Below, one piece after another: positions 11,446 to 22,161 of a DNA stretch of 64,000 bases. This stretch comes from Desulfatiglandales bacterium (GTDB lineage: Bacteria; Desulfobacterota; DSM-4660; Desulfatiglandales; HGW-15). The stretch spans positions 3,648,001 to 3,712,000 of the forward strand of contig CAXXJJ010000004.1 in assembly GCA_963667015.2 (NCBI GenBank), read 5' to 3'. The first letter of the stretch is position 1, and every line of letters starts with the position of its first letter. A program made the position numbers and the translations under genes. The notes beneath the pieces are model-generated. The model ran no database searches. It had not been told where the DNA came from and worked only from the letters and a program-made list of their open reading frames with translations.

Positions 11446-13367
11446 TAGTTTTTATCCTTGTCTACTTCCTCAAAATCAGCGTCCACTACATCATCATCCT
11501 GTGCCTGGCCGGAGGCTCCGCCGCCCGCAGCATCAGGCCCTGCCTGAGCCTGCTGTTCGGCATTTGCCTTTGCATACATTGCCTCGGCTATCTTATGGGA
11601 TGCCTGGGTAAGCTCTTCGGTAAGACGCTTGATTTCATCCACATTGTCACCTTCCATTGCCTTTTTAAGATCTTCAATGGATTTTTCGATTGCAGCTTTT
11701 GATGTTGCATCGAGATCAGGAGCATCTTCCTTAAGGGATTTTTCGGTTGTATAGATCATACTGTCGGCCATGTTCCTGGCATCAACAAGCTCCCTCTTTT
11801 TCTTGTCTTCATCTGCATGCATCTCCGCATCCTTCACAAGCTGATCTATCTCATCATCGGAAAGGCCGCTTGATGCGGTTATCTTGATTGACTGCTCTTT
11901 ACCGGTGCCCATGTCCTTTGCGGACACGCTTACAATACCGTTTGCATCAATATCAAAGGTAACTTCGATCTGGGGCATTCCCCTTGGAGCCGGTGGAATA
12001 CCGACAAGCTGGAACCTGCCAAGGGTCTTGTTATTTTGGGCCATTTCCCTTTCACCCTGGAGGACATGGATCTCAACCGCAGGCTGATTGTCTGCAGCGG
12101 TGGAGAATACCTGACTCTTTTTGGTAGGGATGGTTGTATTCTTTTCTATCAGCTTTGTAAACACACCACCAAGGGTTTCAATACCCAGGGATAGAGGCGT
12201 TACATCGAGAAGAAGAACGTCTTTAACATCACCCTTTAAAACTCCACCCTGGATTGCAGCGCCAATGGCTACAACTTCATCAGGGTTGACACCCTTGCTG
12301 GGTTCTTTTCCGAATATCTCCTTAACCTTTTCCTGAACCTTGGGCATCCTTGTCATACCGCCCACAAGAATTACATCGTCTATTTCACTCGGACTGAAGC
12401 CTGAATCCTTGATAGCAAGTTTACATGGATTTACGACACGCTGAATCAGGTCATCAACAAGGGCCTCCAGTTTGGATCTTGAAAGCTTGATATTGAGATG
12501 TTTCGGACCGCTGGCATCAGCCGTGATAAAGGGCAGGTTGATATCGGTTTCAGTAGAACCTGAAAGCTCCATCTTGGCCTTTTCCGCCGCTTCCTTAAGT
12601 CTCTGAAGCGCCATCTTATCGGTCTTGAGATCAATTCCCTGATCCTTCTTGAACTCGTCTGCCAGGTAATTAACTATTCTGTTATCAAAATCCTCGCCGC
12701 CTAAGTGTGTATCACCATTGGTTGACTTAACCTCAAATACACCGTCGCCTATTTCAAGTATTGAAATATCAAATGTACCGCCGCCAAGGTCAAATACTGC
12801 GATCTTTTTATCGCCCTTTTTATCAAGTCCATAGGCAAGGGATGCAGCGGTAGGCTCGTTGATTATTCTCTCTACCTTCAGCCCTGCAATTTTACCTGCG
12901 TCTTTTGTTGCCTGTCGCTGGCTGTCATTGAAATATGCCGGGACGGTTATTACTGCTTCCGTAACAGGTTCACCAAGATAATCTTCGGCAGTCTGCTTCA
13001 TTTTCAAAAGAATCATTGATGAAATTTCAGCCGGGCTGTAGTCCTTGTCACGGCATGTCACCTGTGCATCACTGTTTGAGGCCTTTGTTATTTTATAGGG
13101 AAGAATACCGACATCCCTCTGGACATCTGCAGATTCAAATTTTCTTCCGATAAGTCTTTTTACAGCGAAAACCGTATTGTCAGGGTTGGTAACCGCCTGA
13201 CGTTTTGCCACCTGGCCGACAAGTCTTTCATTTTTGTCGGTGAAGGCAACGATTGAAGGTGTAGTCCTGCTACCCTCCTGATTGGCAATAACAACGGGAT
13301 CACCGCCTTCCATAACAGCAACACAAGAATTTGTAGTACCTAGATCAATTCCTATAATTTTTCCCAT
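11445..13367 (-). CDS. dnaK: Chaperone DnaK
   Basis: [26 protein letters not shown]. Confidence 0.99.
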   Translation of the reverse strand: MGKIIGIDLGTTNSCVAVMEGGDPVVIANQEGSRTTPSIVAFTDKNERLVGQVAKRQAVTNPDNTVFAVKRLIGRKFESADVQRDVGILPYKITKASNSDAQVTCRDKDYSPAEISSMILLKMKQTAEDYLGEPVTEAVITVPAYFNDSQRQATKDAGKIAGLKVERIINEPTAASLAYGLDKKGDKKIAVFDLGGGTFDISILEIGDGVFEVKSTNGDTHLGGEDFDNRIVNYLADEFKKDQGIDLKTDKMALQRLKEAAEKAKMELSGSTETDINLPFITADASGPKHLNIKLSRSKLEALVDDLIQRVVNPCKLAIKDSGFSPSEIDDVILVGGMTRMPKVQEKVKEIFGKEPSKGVNPDEVVAIGAAIQGGVLKGDVKDVLLLDVTPLSLGIETLGGVFTKLIEKNTTIPTKKSQVFSTAADNQPAVEIHVLQGEREMAQNNKTLGRFQLVGIPPAPRGMPQIEVTFDIDANGIVSVSAKDMGTGKEQSIKITASSGLSDDEIDQLVKDAEMHADEDKKKRELVDARNMADSMIYTTEKSLKEDAPDLDATSKAAIEKSIEDLKKAMEGDNVDEIKRLTEELTQASHKIAEAMYAKANAEQQAQAGPDAAGGGASGQAQDDDVVDADFEEVDKDKN

Positions 13368-13400
13368 TTTATCCTCCTTATAACCCTTTTACTCAAAATA

Positions 13401-14039
13401 TTATTCTTCACATGCTCCCTGGAAGGTTTCTGTCTGGCCGTTATCATCTGAATTCCCCTTGCTGATAACAACCATAGCAGGTCTTATCAATCTTTGATTG
13501 AGAGTATAGCCCTTCTGGAACTCTTTGATAATTTTTCCCTTTTCAATACTGTCACTCATTGCTTCCTGAACAGCATGGTGAAAACAGGGATCAAAATCCT
13601 CTCCGACGGTCTTAACTTCCTCCAGGCCGGACTTCGCCAAAGTATCTTTAAAACCTTTGAGTGTAAGTTCAACTCCTTCGATCAGAGCATTAAATGAATT
13701 TTCATTTCCGGAATGGTTTATTGCATTTTCAAGGTTATCAATTACCTGCAGCAGGTCCTTGATTAAGGTTTCATTTGAATATTTAACCCATTCCTCTTTT
13801 TCTTTTTTATTTCTTTTTATGATATTATCCATTTCCGCCTGGGAACGGAGATATCTGTCGTAATTTTCCTTGGATTCTTCCTTAAGCTCATCAATTTTCT
13901 TAATCAGATCATCCGTCGACATTTCCTCCAACGGAATTTCTTCTGCTGTTTCCTTTTCGGGATTTATGCTGTCAGGTGTTTCAGGTTCATCTACTTTAAT
14001 ATTAATTTTTTTACTGTTTTCCGAAAATTTTTCATTCAT
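13401..14039 (-). CDS. grpE: Nucleotide exchange factor GrpE
   Basis: YLRSQAEMDN, FDPCFHHAV, QKGYTLNQRLIRPAMV. Confidence 0.97.
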   Translation of the reverse strand: MNEKFSENSKKINIKVDEPETPDSINPEKETAEEIPLEEMSTDDLIKKIDELKEESKENYDRYLRSQAEMDNIIKRNKKEKEEWVKYSNETLIKDLLQVIDNLENAINHSGNENSFNALIEGVELTLKGFKDTLAKSGLEEVKTVGEDFDPCFHHAVQEAMSDSIEKGKIIKEFQKGYTLNQRLIRPAMVVISKGNSDDNGQTETFQGACEE

Positions 14040-14102
14040 CTTTATTAAAACCGACTCCTTATTGAGATCTAATTGAAAGGCTTGGGAAAAACCAGTGTTA
14101 CG

Positions 14103-14130
14103 TTAAGCATCGGGGTTTAGTTTGTCAAGG
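14103..14130 (-). promoter_or_regulatory. Putative grpE-dnaK promoter, CCTTGACA-N15-CTTAA
   Basis: TTGACA -35 with 17-bp spacer to TAACGT; same motif architecture upstream of clpB. Confidence 0.55.
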
Positions 14131-14148
14131 CGGGGGAAGGAAGGACTT

Positions 14149-14868
14149 TTAATTATTTTTAAATTCTTTCCAATAATTTATCAAACCTGTAACGGCTTCA
14201 CCGGTATCTGGTGAAATATCGGTATAATAATCCTTGAATAATGACAGGTTCTCTATTTTTGATTTTATTATCTCTGTAAGGGAGGCAATAAGCAAAGGGG
14301 CAAACTCACCCGTGATACGACGGGTTTCTTCATCATTTTTCCCGGTAGGCTTTATGAACAGGCCGTCAGTGCCCGCCTTTATCATTTGGACGGCATCGTT
14401 AATGAGCGATTTTCTGGTATAAAACACAGCCGGCACACCCGGATACTCGGCCCTTGCACACTTCAGATTATAAAGGCCGTATTTATTGTTCTGGCCGATC
14501 CTTGAGCAGGCCGATTCAAACAGGGTACGCCAGCTATCCACAATAGAAAAAAGTCTTTTCAGGTATTCGTTTGTCCTGTCACCACTGAAGGAATCAAGGT
14601 TCTGATATACATCATCCAGGGTATTAAACCCGGATATCAGTTTATCAAGCTCCTCTTTTGGCGTTACGGCCGGATTTTTGACCTCGGCATCCTGGCCCCA
14701 GAGGTCAAGAAGGAAAAGCCCTGGTATCCGTCCTTCAAGCCTGGACCTTGCCTCATCAAATGTATAGGCCTGAACAAACTTTAATCGTTTTTCAGCGGGG
14801 GCTATTACATTCCTGATCAGGTCATGCTCAAAACCAGAATCATCAATGAAGCATATTATCAGATCCAT
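14149..14868 (-). CDS. Atypical receiver (REC) domain protein with large insertion
   Basis: ICFIDD, FLLDLW (phospho-acceptor Asp position), VFYT, FIKP conserved with about 75 extra aa after the Asp. Confidence 0.65.
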   Translation of the reverse strand: MDLIICFIDDSGFEHDLIRNVIAPAEKRLKFVQAYTFDEARSRLEGRIPGLFLLDLWGQDAEVKNPAVTPKEELDKLISGFNTLDDVYQNLDSFSGDRTNEYLKRLFSIVDSWRTLFESACSRIGQNNKYGLYNLKCARAEYPGVPAVFYTRKSLINDAVQMIKAGTDGLFIKPTGKNDEETRRITGEFAPLLIASLTEIIKSKIENLSLFKDYYTDISPDTGEAVTGLINYWKEFKNN

Positions 14869-14874
14869 TTTTCC

Positions 14875-15774
14875 TTAATCCAACCCCTTGCCCGTTAACC
14901 TTTCAAGGGCTTCAAGATACTTTTCACGGGTCTTCTGCACTATCTCTTCCGGCAGAGGAGGCGGCGGTGGAGACTTGGGCCAGTCAAGGCCGTTCAGATA
15001 ATCCCTCAGATACTGCTTGTCAAAACTTTTCTGGGCTCCCCCCGGGTTATATGCGTCCATTGGCCAGAAACGTGATGAATCAGGTGTAAGCACCTCATCT
15101 ATAAGTATAAGTTTATCACCTGCAAAACCGAACTCAAATTTTGTGTCGGCTATGATTATGCCCTTCTCCGCGGCAAACCTGCGTCCGGTCTCGTATATTT
15201 TAAGGCTTATATCCCTGATCTTTTCTGCAGTATCTTTCCCGAGTATTTCGATAACCTTCTCAAATGAGATATTTTCATCGTGTTCGCCCAGCTCAGCCTT
15301 TGTTGAAGGCGTAAAAATCGGCTCCGGCAATATCTCCGATTCCTTCAGGCCTTCCGGCAGAGGAATGCTGCATACGCTTCCGCTCTTTTTATACTCATTC
15401 CAGCCTGAACCTGAAATATACCCCCTTACAATACACTCTACAGTTAAAGGCTCTGCCTTTTTTACCAGCATGCTTCTGCCGGCAAGATCTTTTTTATATT
15501 TTTGGCAGGGTTCAGGATATTCATCGGGATTGGTCGAAATAATATGATTTTCCACAACATCCTTGAGCTTATCAAACCAGAATACGGATATTGCCGTGAG
15601 GATCTTCCCCTTGTCCGGGATGGGATCATCCATTACAACATCAAATGCTGACATGCGGTCGCTTGCCACGATCAGCAGTTTGTCGTCATCTATCTCGTAG
15701 ACATCTCTCACCTTTCCGCGCCTGACTAGATTAAGATCCTGAAAGTCGGATTTCATTACTATATTATCATTCAT
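14875..15774 (-). CDS. purC: SAICAR synthetase
   Basis: [36 protein letters not shown]. Confidence 0.98.
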   Translation of the reverse strand: MNDNIVMKSDFQDLNLVRRGKVRDVYEIDDDKLLIVASDRMSAFDVVMDDPIPDKGKILTAISVFWFDKLKDVVENHIISTNPDEYPEPCQKYKKDLAGRSMLVKKAEPLTVECIVRGYISGSGWNEYKKSGSVCSIPLPEGLKESEILPEPIFTPSTKAELGEHDENISFEKVIEILGKDTAEKIRDISLKIYETGRRFAAEKGIIIADTKFEFGFAGDKLILIDEVLTPDSSRFWPMDAYNPGGAQKSFDKQYLRDYLNGLDWPKSPPPPPLPEEIVQKTREKYLEALERLTGKGLD

Positions 15775-15977
15775 GCTATGCGCCTCCTGTAATGGGGGGT
15801 GTTTTTTTTGAAAAATTAAAAGGAGATATAATTTCTTATTTAAGGTTCAATGTCAAGACAAGTCAATGTCCCTGATGATACTGAAAAAAAATATGCAGAA
15901 GGTTATTGCAGCATATGGCGGGCAGTAACCTTTTAGTGGGCATTCGCTGGCGTTGAACGAATTTTGTCGAAGCACTA

Positions 15978-16090
15978 TGGGGCAGGCCTGTGTGCCTGCC
16001 CAAAATGATCTGGCGATAATCACAGAATTTAATTATCTGCCAGAAAATTACCATAAAAACCGGGCCGACACAGAGGCCGGCCCGGTTTTT
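15978..16090. repeat. Degenerate pair of REP-like palindromes; the second doubles as a terminator of the FecR-domain gene
   Basis: GGGGCAGGCCTGTGTGCCTGCCC and AAAAACCGGGCCGACACAGAGGCCGGCCCGGTTTTT. Confidence 0.5.
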
Positions 16091-16139
16091 AATAATATAT
16101 TTCCCTTAAAAATATCCGGAAAATAGAGAAATGCCTTTA

Positions 16140-19100
16140 TTACCTCGCAACGCCCGCACCTTCACCTGAAAAACTGCCGGATGCAGTTCCTGTATAGGTT
16201 CCACCTGCTACGCCACCAAACTCAACATTCGCCGTGCCGGATACATCTGTCCTGTTTATCGTACCGATACCGTGAGAGATATCTGCGGCCCAGTTATTAT
16301 TATCCCATTTTTTAAGGGTGAAATCGGCTGTGATCGAGCTGTCGCCATTGGATAAATAAATATAATCACCAATATAGGGATCAACTGTATAGGTTCCGCT
16401 TATGTTATCCGTTGCCCATATCCGGGCATCCCCCCCTGTCGAGGACGCGAAAAAAGTTACATCGGTCATTGTAATCGACATTGTGCTCCCAGTGCCATTC
16501 AGTGTAGTTCTGCCGATTTCAACAGCCGGAATATTAAGTTCAGCCAAAGTAGCTCTTCCTTCGGTAGTGGATGTCATATCTATATACTGACCGGCCTTCA
16601 GCCACACACCGGAACCTATTGTCTGCCATGTCATTTCGATCGGATCATACGTCCCTTCAAGCTTCCCTGATGAAACACCCACCACAACATCACCCAGATC
16701 AACCCAGACTCCCATAACCTCAGCATCTATTTCATTGCCTGACCATGTTCCGCCTGATACTCCGTATTTTGCTATCATTCCTGTAATATTATCAAATTCA
16801 TCCCACATTTCATGATGAATGTTCATTGTCCAGTCGAATGAAGGGGTTCCGGTATAGGCTCCCCCCAATACGTTCTGCCATACTCCCCAGGGTTCGCCCA
16901 TAATTTTTTTATTGAAAAAATTCCCTCCTCCGGTTTTAAAATAACCGGTTTCTATCCCGCTGCCATCAAAGAAATAGCCATCGTCTCCCGGAGTAGTGTA
17001 GCCACCACCCCAGAAATAATACTCTGTATTCACCACGCTGTCTATCAGGCTAACCGGTGTAACACCGATGGAAGAGTACAGCTGTACAGGATAAATTCCT
17101 CCATCTGCTTCCCACATACCTGATACTTCATCTGCTGACCCGCTGGCAAGCTTACCCATAAGAATTCCTGCATTATTGGCTGGATCTACATATAAGGCGT
17201 ACATATTTCCGCTGACTGATGTTGTTAATACTCCACCGATATATCCGGAGTAGGCACCGGTTACATTGTCAGGATTATAACTTTCTACATCATTGGCAAA
17301 AATAACCGGCTGTCCGGAATTCACATAAAAGGGAACCTCATAAAAACCCAGAAGGGTAATAGCTGCAGGAGCACCCGAAGTAGCAGTCCATGGGTTCCCA
17401 AGCCCGCCCAGGACCCCCTCAAACCAGCCGGTATGAAACATGTCGTAGCTTGTCCACTGATCATGATAATCCCAGGTAACACCGGTATAGGTTGCGGGGT
17501 TATCCCTGAGGGTCTGTAATGGGAACTCGGTTCCCTGACCTGCAGAATAACTTATAAATGCATAACTCGTATGATCATATACCCATTCCTGGCTGTGAAA
17601 GTCTGCTACAGTACCATCAAAATCCAGTGCATTTATTTGCATGTATTTATCCGTATCGTTAACAGAGTCATAAAACTGGTAACCGCCTTCATGGCTAAAC
17701 AGATCATAGTGGTATGAATACTCACTTGCATTGGCGGCGTTATAATACCTGCCGCCCTCTTGAGGTCTCACTAAATATAAACCACCGTCAAGGCTGCTGC
17801 TGAAGAGAAGGTCGTCTGTCTTTTGCCATGCCCCCTGGGAAACAGCTGCCCAGTCGCCTGCTGTGCCGGCAGGTCCAATAAGAGTGCCTTCAATTGTTCC
17901 TGCTTTTGTCATTGTTAAAAATCTGCCGTTTATCAAGTCACCACTTATCCCGTTCGAACTCCACTCACCGTTTGAAATATCAACAAACCATATGCCGCCA
18001 TCACCCTCTCCGAACTCTCCAAACCCGCTGACCGATCCGGACCATGCGCTTGAAACAGCATTTTCATCATATTTTGCATAGCCAAATGTTATCTCGAAAA
18101 TACCCCAGTCACTTCCCGAAATATATAAAGTATTTCCAAAACCATGCCCTTTAATTGTCTCACCGCTCCCAGCGGAAAAATTACCTGAAAGTCTTTCCAC
18201 CTCGAGAAAACCTTCGCCAATACTTGTAAGGAAATTATCATTGGTGATTGTTCTGGGATCGGTTGAATATACAGAGGGATAGATGGTTCCTGCAGCACTC
18301 CAGCCGCCGGCAGTATCGACTGTTCCGGTAAAATCACTCATCAGTATTCCCAGTTCAGTCCCTTCCGGATTAATGTACAGGGCATTAAGAAAGCCGGTTG
18401 CATCATCAGCCTTTCCGCTGAAAAAACCTGAAAATGTCCCGCCATCTGTAAATGAACCTGATAGCGGTGACTTAAACAGATATAGAGAGTCTCCGGACCA
18501 GGTATACTGACCCGATAGAGATATGTTCAATGGAACCGATTGAGTCGCACTCCACAACTCAAGGGAAATGCCCTGAATTTCTCCTGTAAAGCTTCCAATT
18601 CCTGTAACCATAGATGCTGCAAATTCATTCATGTATCGCACATAATAACCGGCAGGGGGAGTAGCAATGGATGCCAGGTCAGACTGGCCCCAGGTGCTTT
18701 CTGTAATAACGGGCATAAAATCACCATCAGTTTCAATCTCTGTCAGGAGAACGCCATCAGGCAGATAACTATACATGGTCCATGTGCCCGTGTCCGAATC
18801 TTCCTCTTCTGCGAATCCTCTTAAATATGTACCATCATTCGCTCGAAAATAGTCATACTCGTAGATTGACCCTTCAATTCTGCCGGTATAGCCGGTCCTA
18901 AAAGGATCTTCGGAACGGGGCAGTACATGCTCGCCTTCAACATGAGTTCCTGATGTAATGCCCATTAATTTACCTGATATTGCCACTGTTGGTGCTGGGT
19001 CTGTTGGTATTGGATCCGTTGGTGTCGGGTCCGTGGGTGTTGGATCCGTCGGAGTCGGGTCTGTTGGTACCGGGTCCGTAGGCGTTGGGTCCGTTGTGGA

Positions 19101-20366
19101 ATCCGAGTCTTGTGATGTCGTCAAAAGATCTACTATTGCTGAATATGCATCATCGCAATCTTCTCCTTCAGGACAATCTCCGTCTCCGGCATCCTGGAGT
19201 AATATTTCAGGGCCATCATTCGAACCCAGAGTAGCATCCTCCTGATCTGCTGGAACTGTCGGTTCCATATTCGAATCAGTGTTTTCTGATTGATCATCTG
19301 CAAGCGCGGTATCTATAAAGGCATCACCAGTATCAAGTCCATCAATACCTCCATCATCGATACCACTTTCTGATGATCCGGCATCAATAGAAACAAAACC
19401 TGAATCTCCTGTCGCAGAACCTCCTTCGGCCGTACCAGTATCAGTTGAATCCGATCCGGATTCAACCTGTTCTGTCCCGCTGTCAGCCATTTCAGTGCCG
19501 GAATCACTGACTTCTGAGGCTTCAGCCTCATCTCCGGCAGAGGATCCTTCATCTGCAGTATCAGAAGTCTCTTCACCAACAGATTCACTGTCTCCTTCTT
19601 CAGTATCGCCTTCCTCAGCTATTCCTTCATCGTCTCCAGCACCTTCTTCTTCCTTGACACTCTCACCTTCATCCCCGCCGTCATCCATTTGTCCGGAACT
19701 GTCCTCTTCATCAATACTTTCGCCTTCTTCCTCAGCAGGAGTTGTCTCTCCTTCCAGCCGGTTAATTTCAGCCGTGGAGGATGTTCTCAGCACAGGAGGG
19801 GCATTTGAGTCCGGTATTACCATGGACTGACCTGCCTGGACCTCAATCATATTTTCCGGCTGGTTTCTGTTATATCCGTAGCCAAATCCTTCCTTAAAAG
19901 TTGCCCCGCTGACGCCCTTTTCATAGGTCATAAAAAAATCGGTCCCTCTTACACCACAGACTGATGTAGGCGTATGGACCTCATACCGGTTTTCATCATC
20001 GCCAAATATGCTTCCCAGCAACTTTTTTACCTTGTTCTGTATTTTTCCTCTGAACAGGTTCAAAATTGTGCTTCTTTTACTGGAGTCGCTGATATATTCC
20101 GAGACCTCAACCCTTGTTCTCTGGGCGAGCCTCAGTACATTTCCGTCCCGAAAAAGGATCTCGGCCTTTGAATCACTTTTTGACCTTATTATATCCTTTT
20201 CAAAGATTTCGGTCCCCACATTTACCAGCTCAGCCGGTTCTCCCGGCCTGGTAATATCAACGCGGCCCTCTACTTTAACAAATTTTCCGACTGCATCTGC
20301 ATAGACAGCCTGCGATGTCACAGCGGAAAGCAATAGGATTAAAATTCCGGTAATTATTTTTCTCAT
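16140..20366 (-). CDS. Large exported FecR-domain protein with acidic linker, Pro/Thr repeats and beta-rich (TbpB-like) C-terminal repeats
   Basis: Sec signal peptide, FecR motif EVHTPTSVCGVRGTDF, D/E-rich linker, repeated G/W-rich beta-strand units. Confidence 0.8.
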   Translation of the reverse strand: MRKIITGILILLLSAVTSQAVYADAVGKFVKVEGRVDITRPGEPAELVNVGTEIFEKDIIRSKSDSKAEILFRDGNVLRLAQRTRVEVSEYISDSSKRSTILNLFRGKIQNKVKKLLGSIFGDDENRYEVHTPTSVCGVRGTDFFMTYEKGVSGATFKEGFGYGYNRNQPENMIEVQAGQSMVIPDSNAPPVLRTSSTAEINRLEGETTPAEEEGESIDEEDSSGQMDDGGDEGESVKEEEGAGDDEGIAEEGDTEEGDSESVGEETSDTADEGSSAGDEAEASEVSDSGTEMADSGTEQVESGSDSTDTGTAEGGSATGDSGFVSIDAGSSESGIDDGGIDGLDTGDAFIDTALADDQSENTDSNMEPTVPADQEDATLGSNDGPEILLQDAGDGDCPEGEDCDDAYSAIVDLLTTSQDSDSTTDPTPTDPVPTDPTPTDPTPTDPTPTDPIPTDPAPTVAISGKLMGITSGTHVEGEHVLPRSEDPFRTGYTGRIEGSIYEYDYFRANDGTYLRGFAEEEDSDTGTWTMYSYLPDGVLLTEIETDGDFMPVITESTWGQSDLASIATPPAGYYVRYMNEFAASMVTGIGSFTGEIQGISLELWSATQSVPLNISLSGQYTWSGDSLYLFKSPLSGSFTDGGTFSGFFSGKADDATGFLNALYINPEGTELGILMSDFTGTVDTAGGWSAAGTIYPSVYSTDPRTITNDNFLTSIGEGFLEVERLSGNFSAGSGETIKGHGFGNTLYISGSDWGIFEITFGYAKYDENAVSSAWSGSVSGFGEFGEGDGGIWFVDISNGEWSSNGISGDLINGRFLTMTKAGTIEGTLIGPAGTAGDWAAVSQGAWQKTDDLLFSSSLDGGLYLVRPQEGGRYYNAANASEYSYHYDLFSHEGGYQFYDSVNDTDKYMQINALDFDGTVADFHSQEWVYDHTSYAFISYSAGQGTEFPLQTLRDNPATYTGVTWDYHDQWTSYDMFHTGWFEGVLGGLGNPWTATSGAPAAITLLGFYEVPFYVNSGQPVIFANDVESYNPDNVTGAYSGYIGGVLTTSVSGNMYALYVDPANNAGILMGKLASGSADEVSGMWEADGGIYPVQLYSSIGVTPVSLIDSVVNTEYYFWGGGYTTPGDDGYFFDGSGIETGYFKTGGGNFFNKKIMGEPWGVWQNVLGGAYTGTPSFDWTMNIHHEMWDEFDNITGMIAKYGVSGGTWSGNEIDAEVMGVWVDLGDVVVGVSSGKLEGTYDPIEMTWQTIGSGVWLKAGQYIDMTSTTEGRATLAELNIPAVEIGRTTLNGTGSTMSITMTDVTFFASSTGGDARIWATDNISGTYTVDPYIGDYIYLSNGDSSITADFTLKKWDNNNWAADISHGIGTINRTDVSGTANVEFGGVAGGTYTGTASGSFSGEGAGVAR
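18987..19091 (-). repeat. In-frame tandem repeat (DPxPT)x7
   Basis: Seven 15-nt units encoding DPTPT/DPVPT/DPIPT/DPAPT. Confidence 0.92.
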
Positions 20367-20604
20367 TTTATCCCTCGACAGTAATACCTGTAATGTAACT
20401 TTTGACCGGAATAACCAATAGTTATATTGACTATCCTGAAGGTCGAAAAGGCACTTTTATTCACTCCCCTCTCTGTCTGAAATCGACAATTTATGGAAAA
20501 TACTTTAATTTTTCAGGGATAATAATAACCGGATGGAAAAATCATTGTTCTTTAAAGAGTGTTCGTCCGGAAAAAGAAGATTCCCAGATAAACACGGACA
20601 TAAA

Positions 20605-22002
20605 TCACTTTCTGATTCTTTGAAGATATTCATAATAATATTGAAGAACCCGGTTTCTGAAGGTAACCGTTTCATCAAAGGGGGGGATTCCCTTGTAATC
20701 TCTGACCCTGCGCCCCCCTGCATTATAGGAGGCAAGGGCAAGGCTTATATCTCCCTTCTGGGATCTCATAAGTCTTGAAAAATATAAATATCCGGACGCT
20801 ATTGCAAGAGATGGATCTAGGCGGTCATCCTTCGTGATGTTAACAAGCTCATTTTTATATTTTTCATACAGGTCCGCTCTCTTTTTTCCAGACTCAATGG
20901 ACCTCAGCATTAATTCCCGGGCCTTTTTTGCGAACTCAATATCCTCTTTTTTGGTAATCTTAAGAAGCATTTTCTTTGCCCTAATCTTTAAATTTCGCTC
21001 TTTTTTCAGGTAGTCACCGGCAGTATAGTAGTACTGGGGCGTATATATATTTTTAAGTCCCATATCCCGTGCAGTATGGGGCATAATCTGGGTTAATCCT
21101 GCAGCGCCAACACTTGATACTGCCTCCGGATCAAAGGCAGACTCCCTTTTCATCAGAGCCAGAAAGAGCAATGGATCGGTCCGGTAAATGCTTTCCCCGG
21201 TTTTTTTCACAGCTGATTCCAGGTACGGCAGCAGTTCCGGTAAATCTTCCTGTACAATGGATTTCCAGGCTCCGGAATCCGAACCATTTCGATCATTCCT
21301 GTCAATGTCAAACAGGCTGATCTCCGATGGTGATGCCTCAGCTATAAAACGGTTAAATACATGGTTAATAAACCGCACGTTTTCTGAGGTTATATATTCT
21401 CTGCTCTGATCATCTCCCCGGCATTTATTGTAGAACAACCCTAGCGCATTCCTAAGGTTGTTATCAGTATCCTGAAGACTTTTTTCCAACAGTATAACAA
21501 TCAATCCTTTTGATCTTTCGCTGTTAAATCTCTCATCATTCTCTTTGTTGATATTTTTTTTATATCGACTCAGCCTCTCCTTCGCCATTCCTGATTTTTC
21601 CCTGTAGACCAGTACAGTCAGCAGGATTTTTGTTATAATAGCATGTTCCGGTTCTTTGATATCACTTCCGGCCATGATCTTTTCAGCTGATAATAATGCC
21701 TCGTCGGCCTCTTTTTTCAATCTGACGGAATCATGATAATCCTGGTCAATATATACCCTGAGCCCAAGCTTTTCTGCCACATCGGGTTTTAACTGAAGCA
21801 GGCCCTCTTCTCCCTGATAGACTGTCTGATCAGTCGTCCGGGCTTTACTCAGTTCTGTGTTATATTCAAGAATATGTCTGGCAAGAACCTGAATGGAATC
21901 ATGGCGGATATCCGCCATGCATTCCCCGCAGAGACCCGCAAAAAAGAGAAATGCCACTGCCGGCATGACAAGGTTAATCAGGGTTGTTCTCTTTACTATC
22001 AA
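20605..22002 (-). CDS. Lytic transglycosylase (SLT) domain protein
   Basis: KRESAF catalytic Glu, GAAGLTQIMP, ALASYNAG, GIPPFDET; N-terminal signal/TM segment. Confidence 0.9.
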   Translation of the reverse strand: MIVKRTTLINLVMPAVAFLFFAGLCGECMADIRHDSIQVLARHILEYNTELSKARTTDQTVYQGEEGLLQLKPDVAEKLGLRVYIDQDYHDSVRLKKEADEALLSAEKIMAGSDIKEPEHAIITKILLTVLVYREKSGMAKERLSRYKKNINKENDERFNSERSKGLIVILLEKSLQDTDNNLRNALGLFYNKCRGDDQSREYITSENVRFINHVFNRFIAEASPSEISLFDIDRNDRNGSDSGAWKSIVQEDLPELLPYLESAVKKTGESIYRTDPLLFLALMKRESAFDPEAVSSVGAAGLTQIMPHTARDMGLKNIYTPQYYYTAGDYLKKERNLKIRAKKMLLKITKKEDIEFAKKARELMLRSIESGKKRADLYEKYKNELVNITKDDRLDPSLAIASGYLYFSRLMRSQKGDISLALASYNAGGRRVRDYKGIPPFDETVTFRNRVLQYYYEYLQRIRK

Positions 22003-22161
22003 AATTTTTTCCTGTCAAATCAGGTTGCAGTCGAAAGTTCGTGGTAAAATCACTAATATTTTTCGCGAAGGCAGGTAAAAACGAAAAAACAAAAGGGCCT
22101 GTTATGAAAAAGGTAACAGGCCCGGAGAAAAGAGTCATTTAGCCAGACAGCTACAGCATTA

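Noticed and set aside
14040..14148. CIRCE/HrcA operator upstream of grpE
   Set aside because: No TTAGCACTC-N9-GAGTGCTAA match
15017..15547. Long antisense ORFs (this one in purC; others in tatA/B, clpB, hisD, PTS genes)
   Set aside because: Shadow ORFs opposite well-supported genes, with no motifs or RBS
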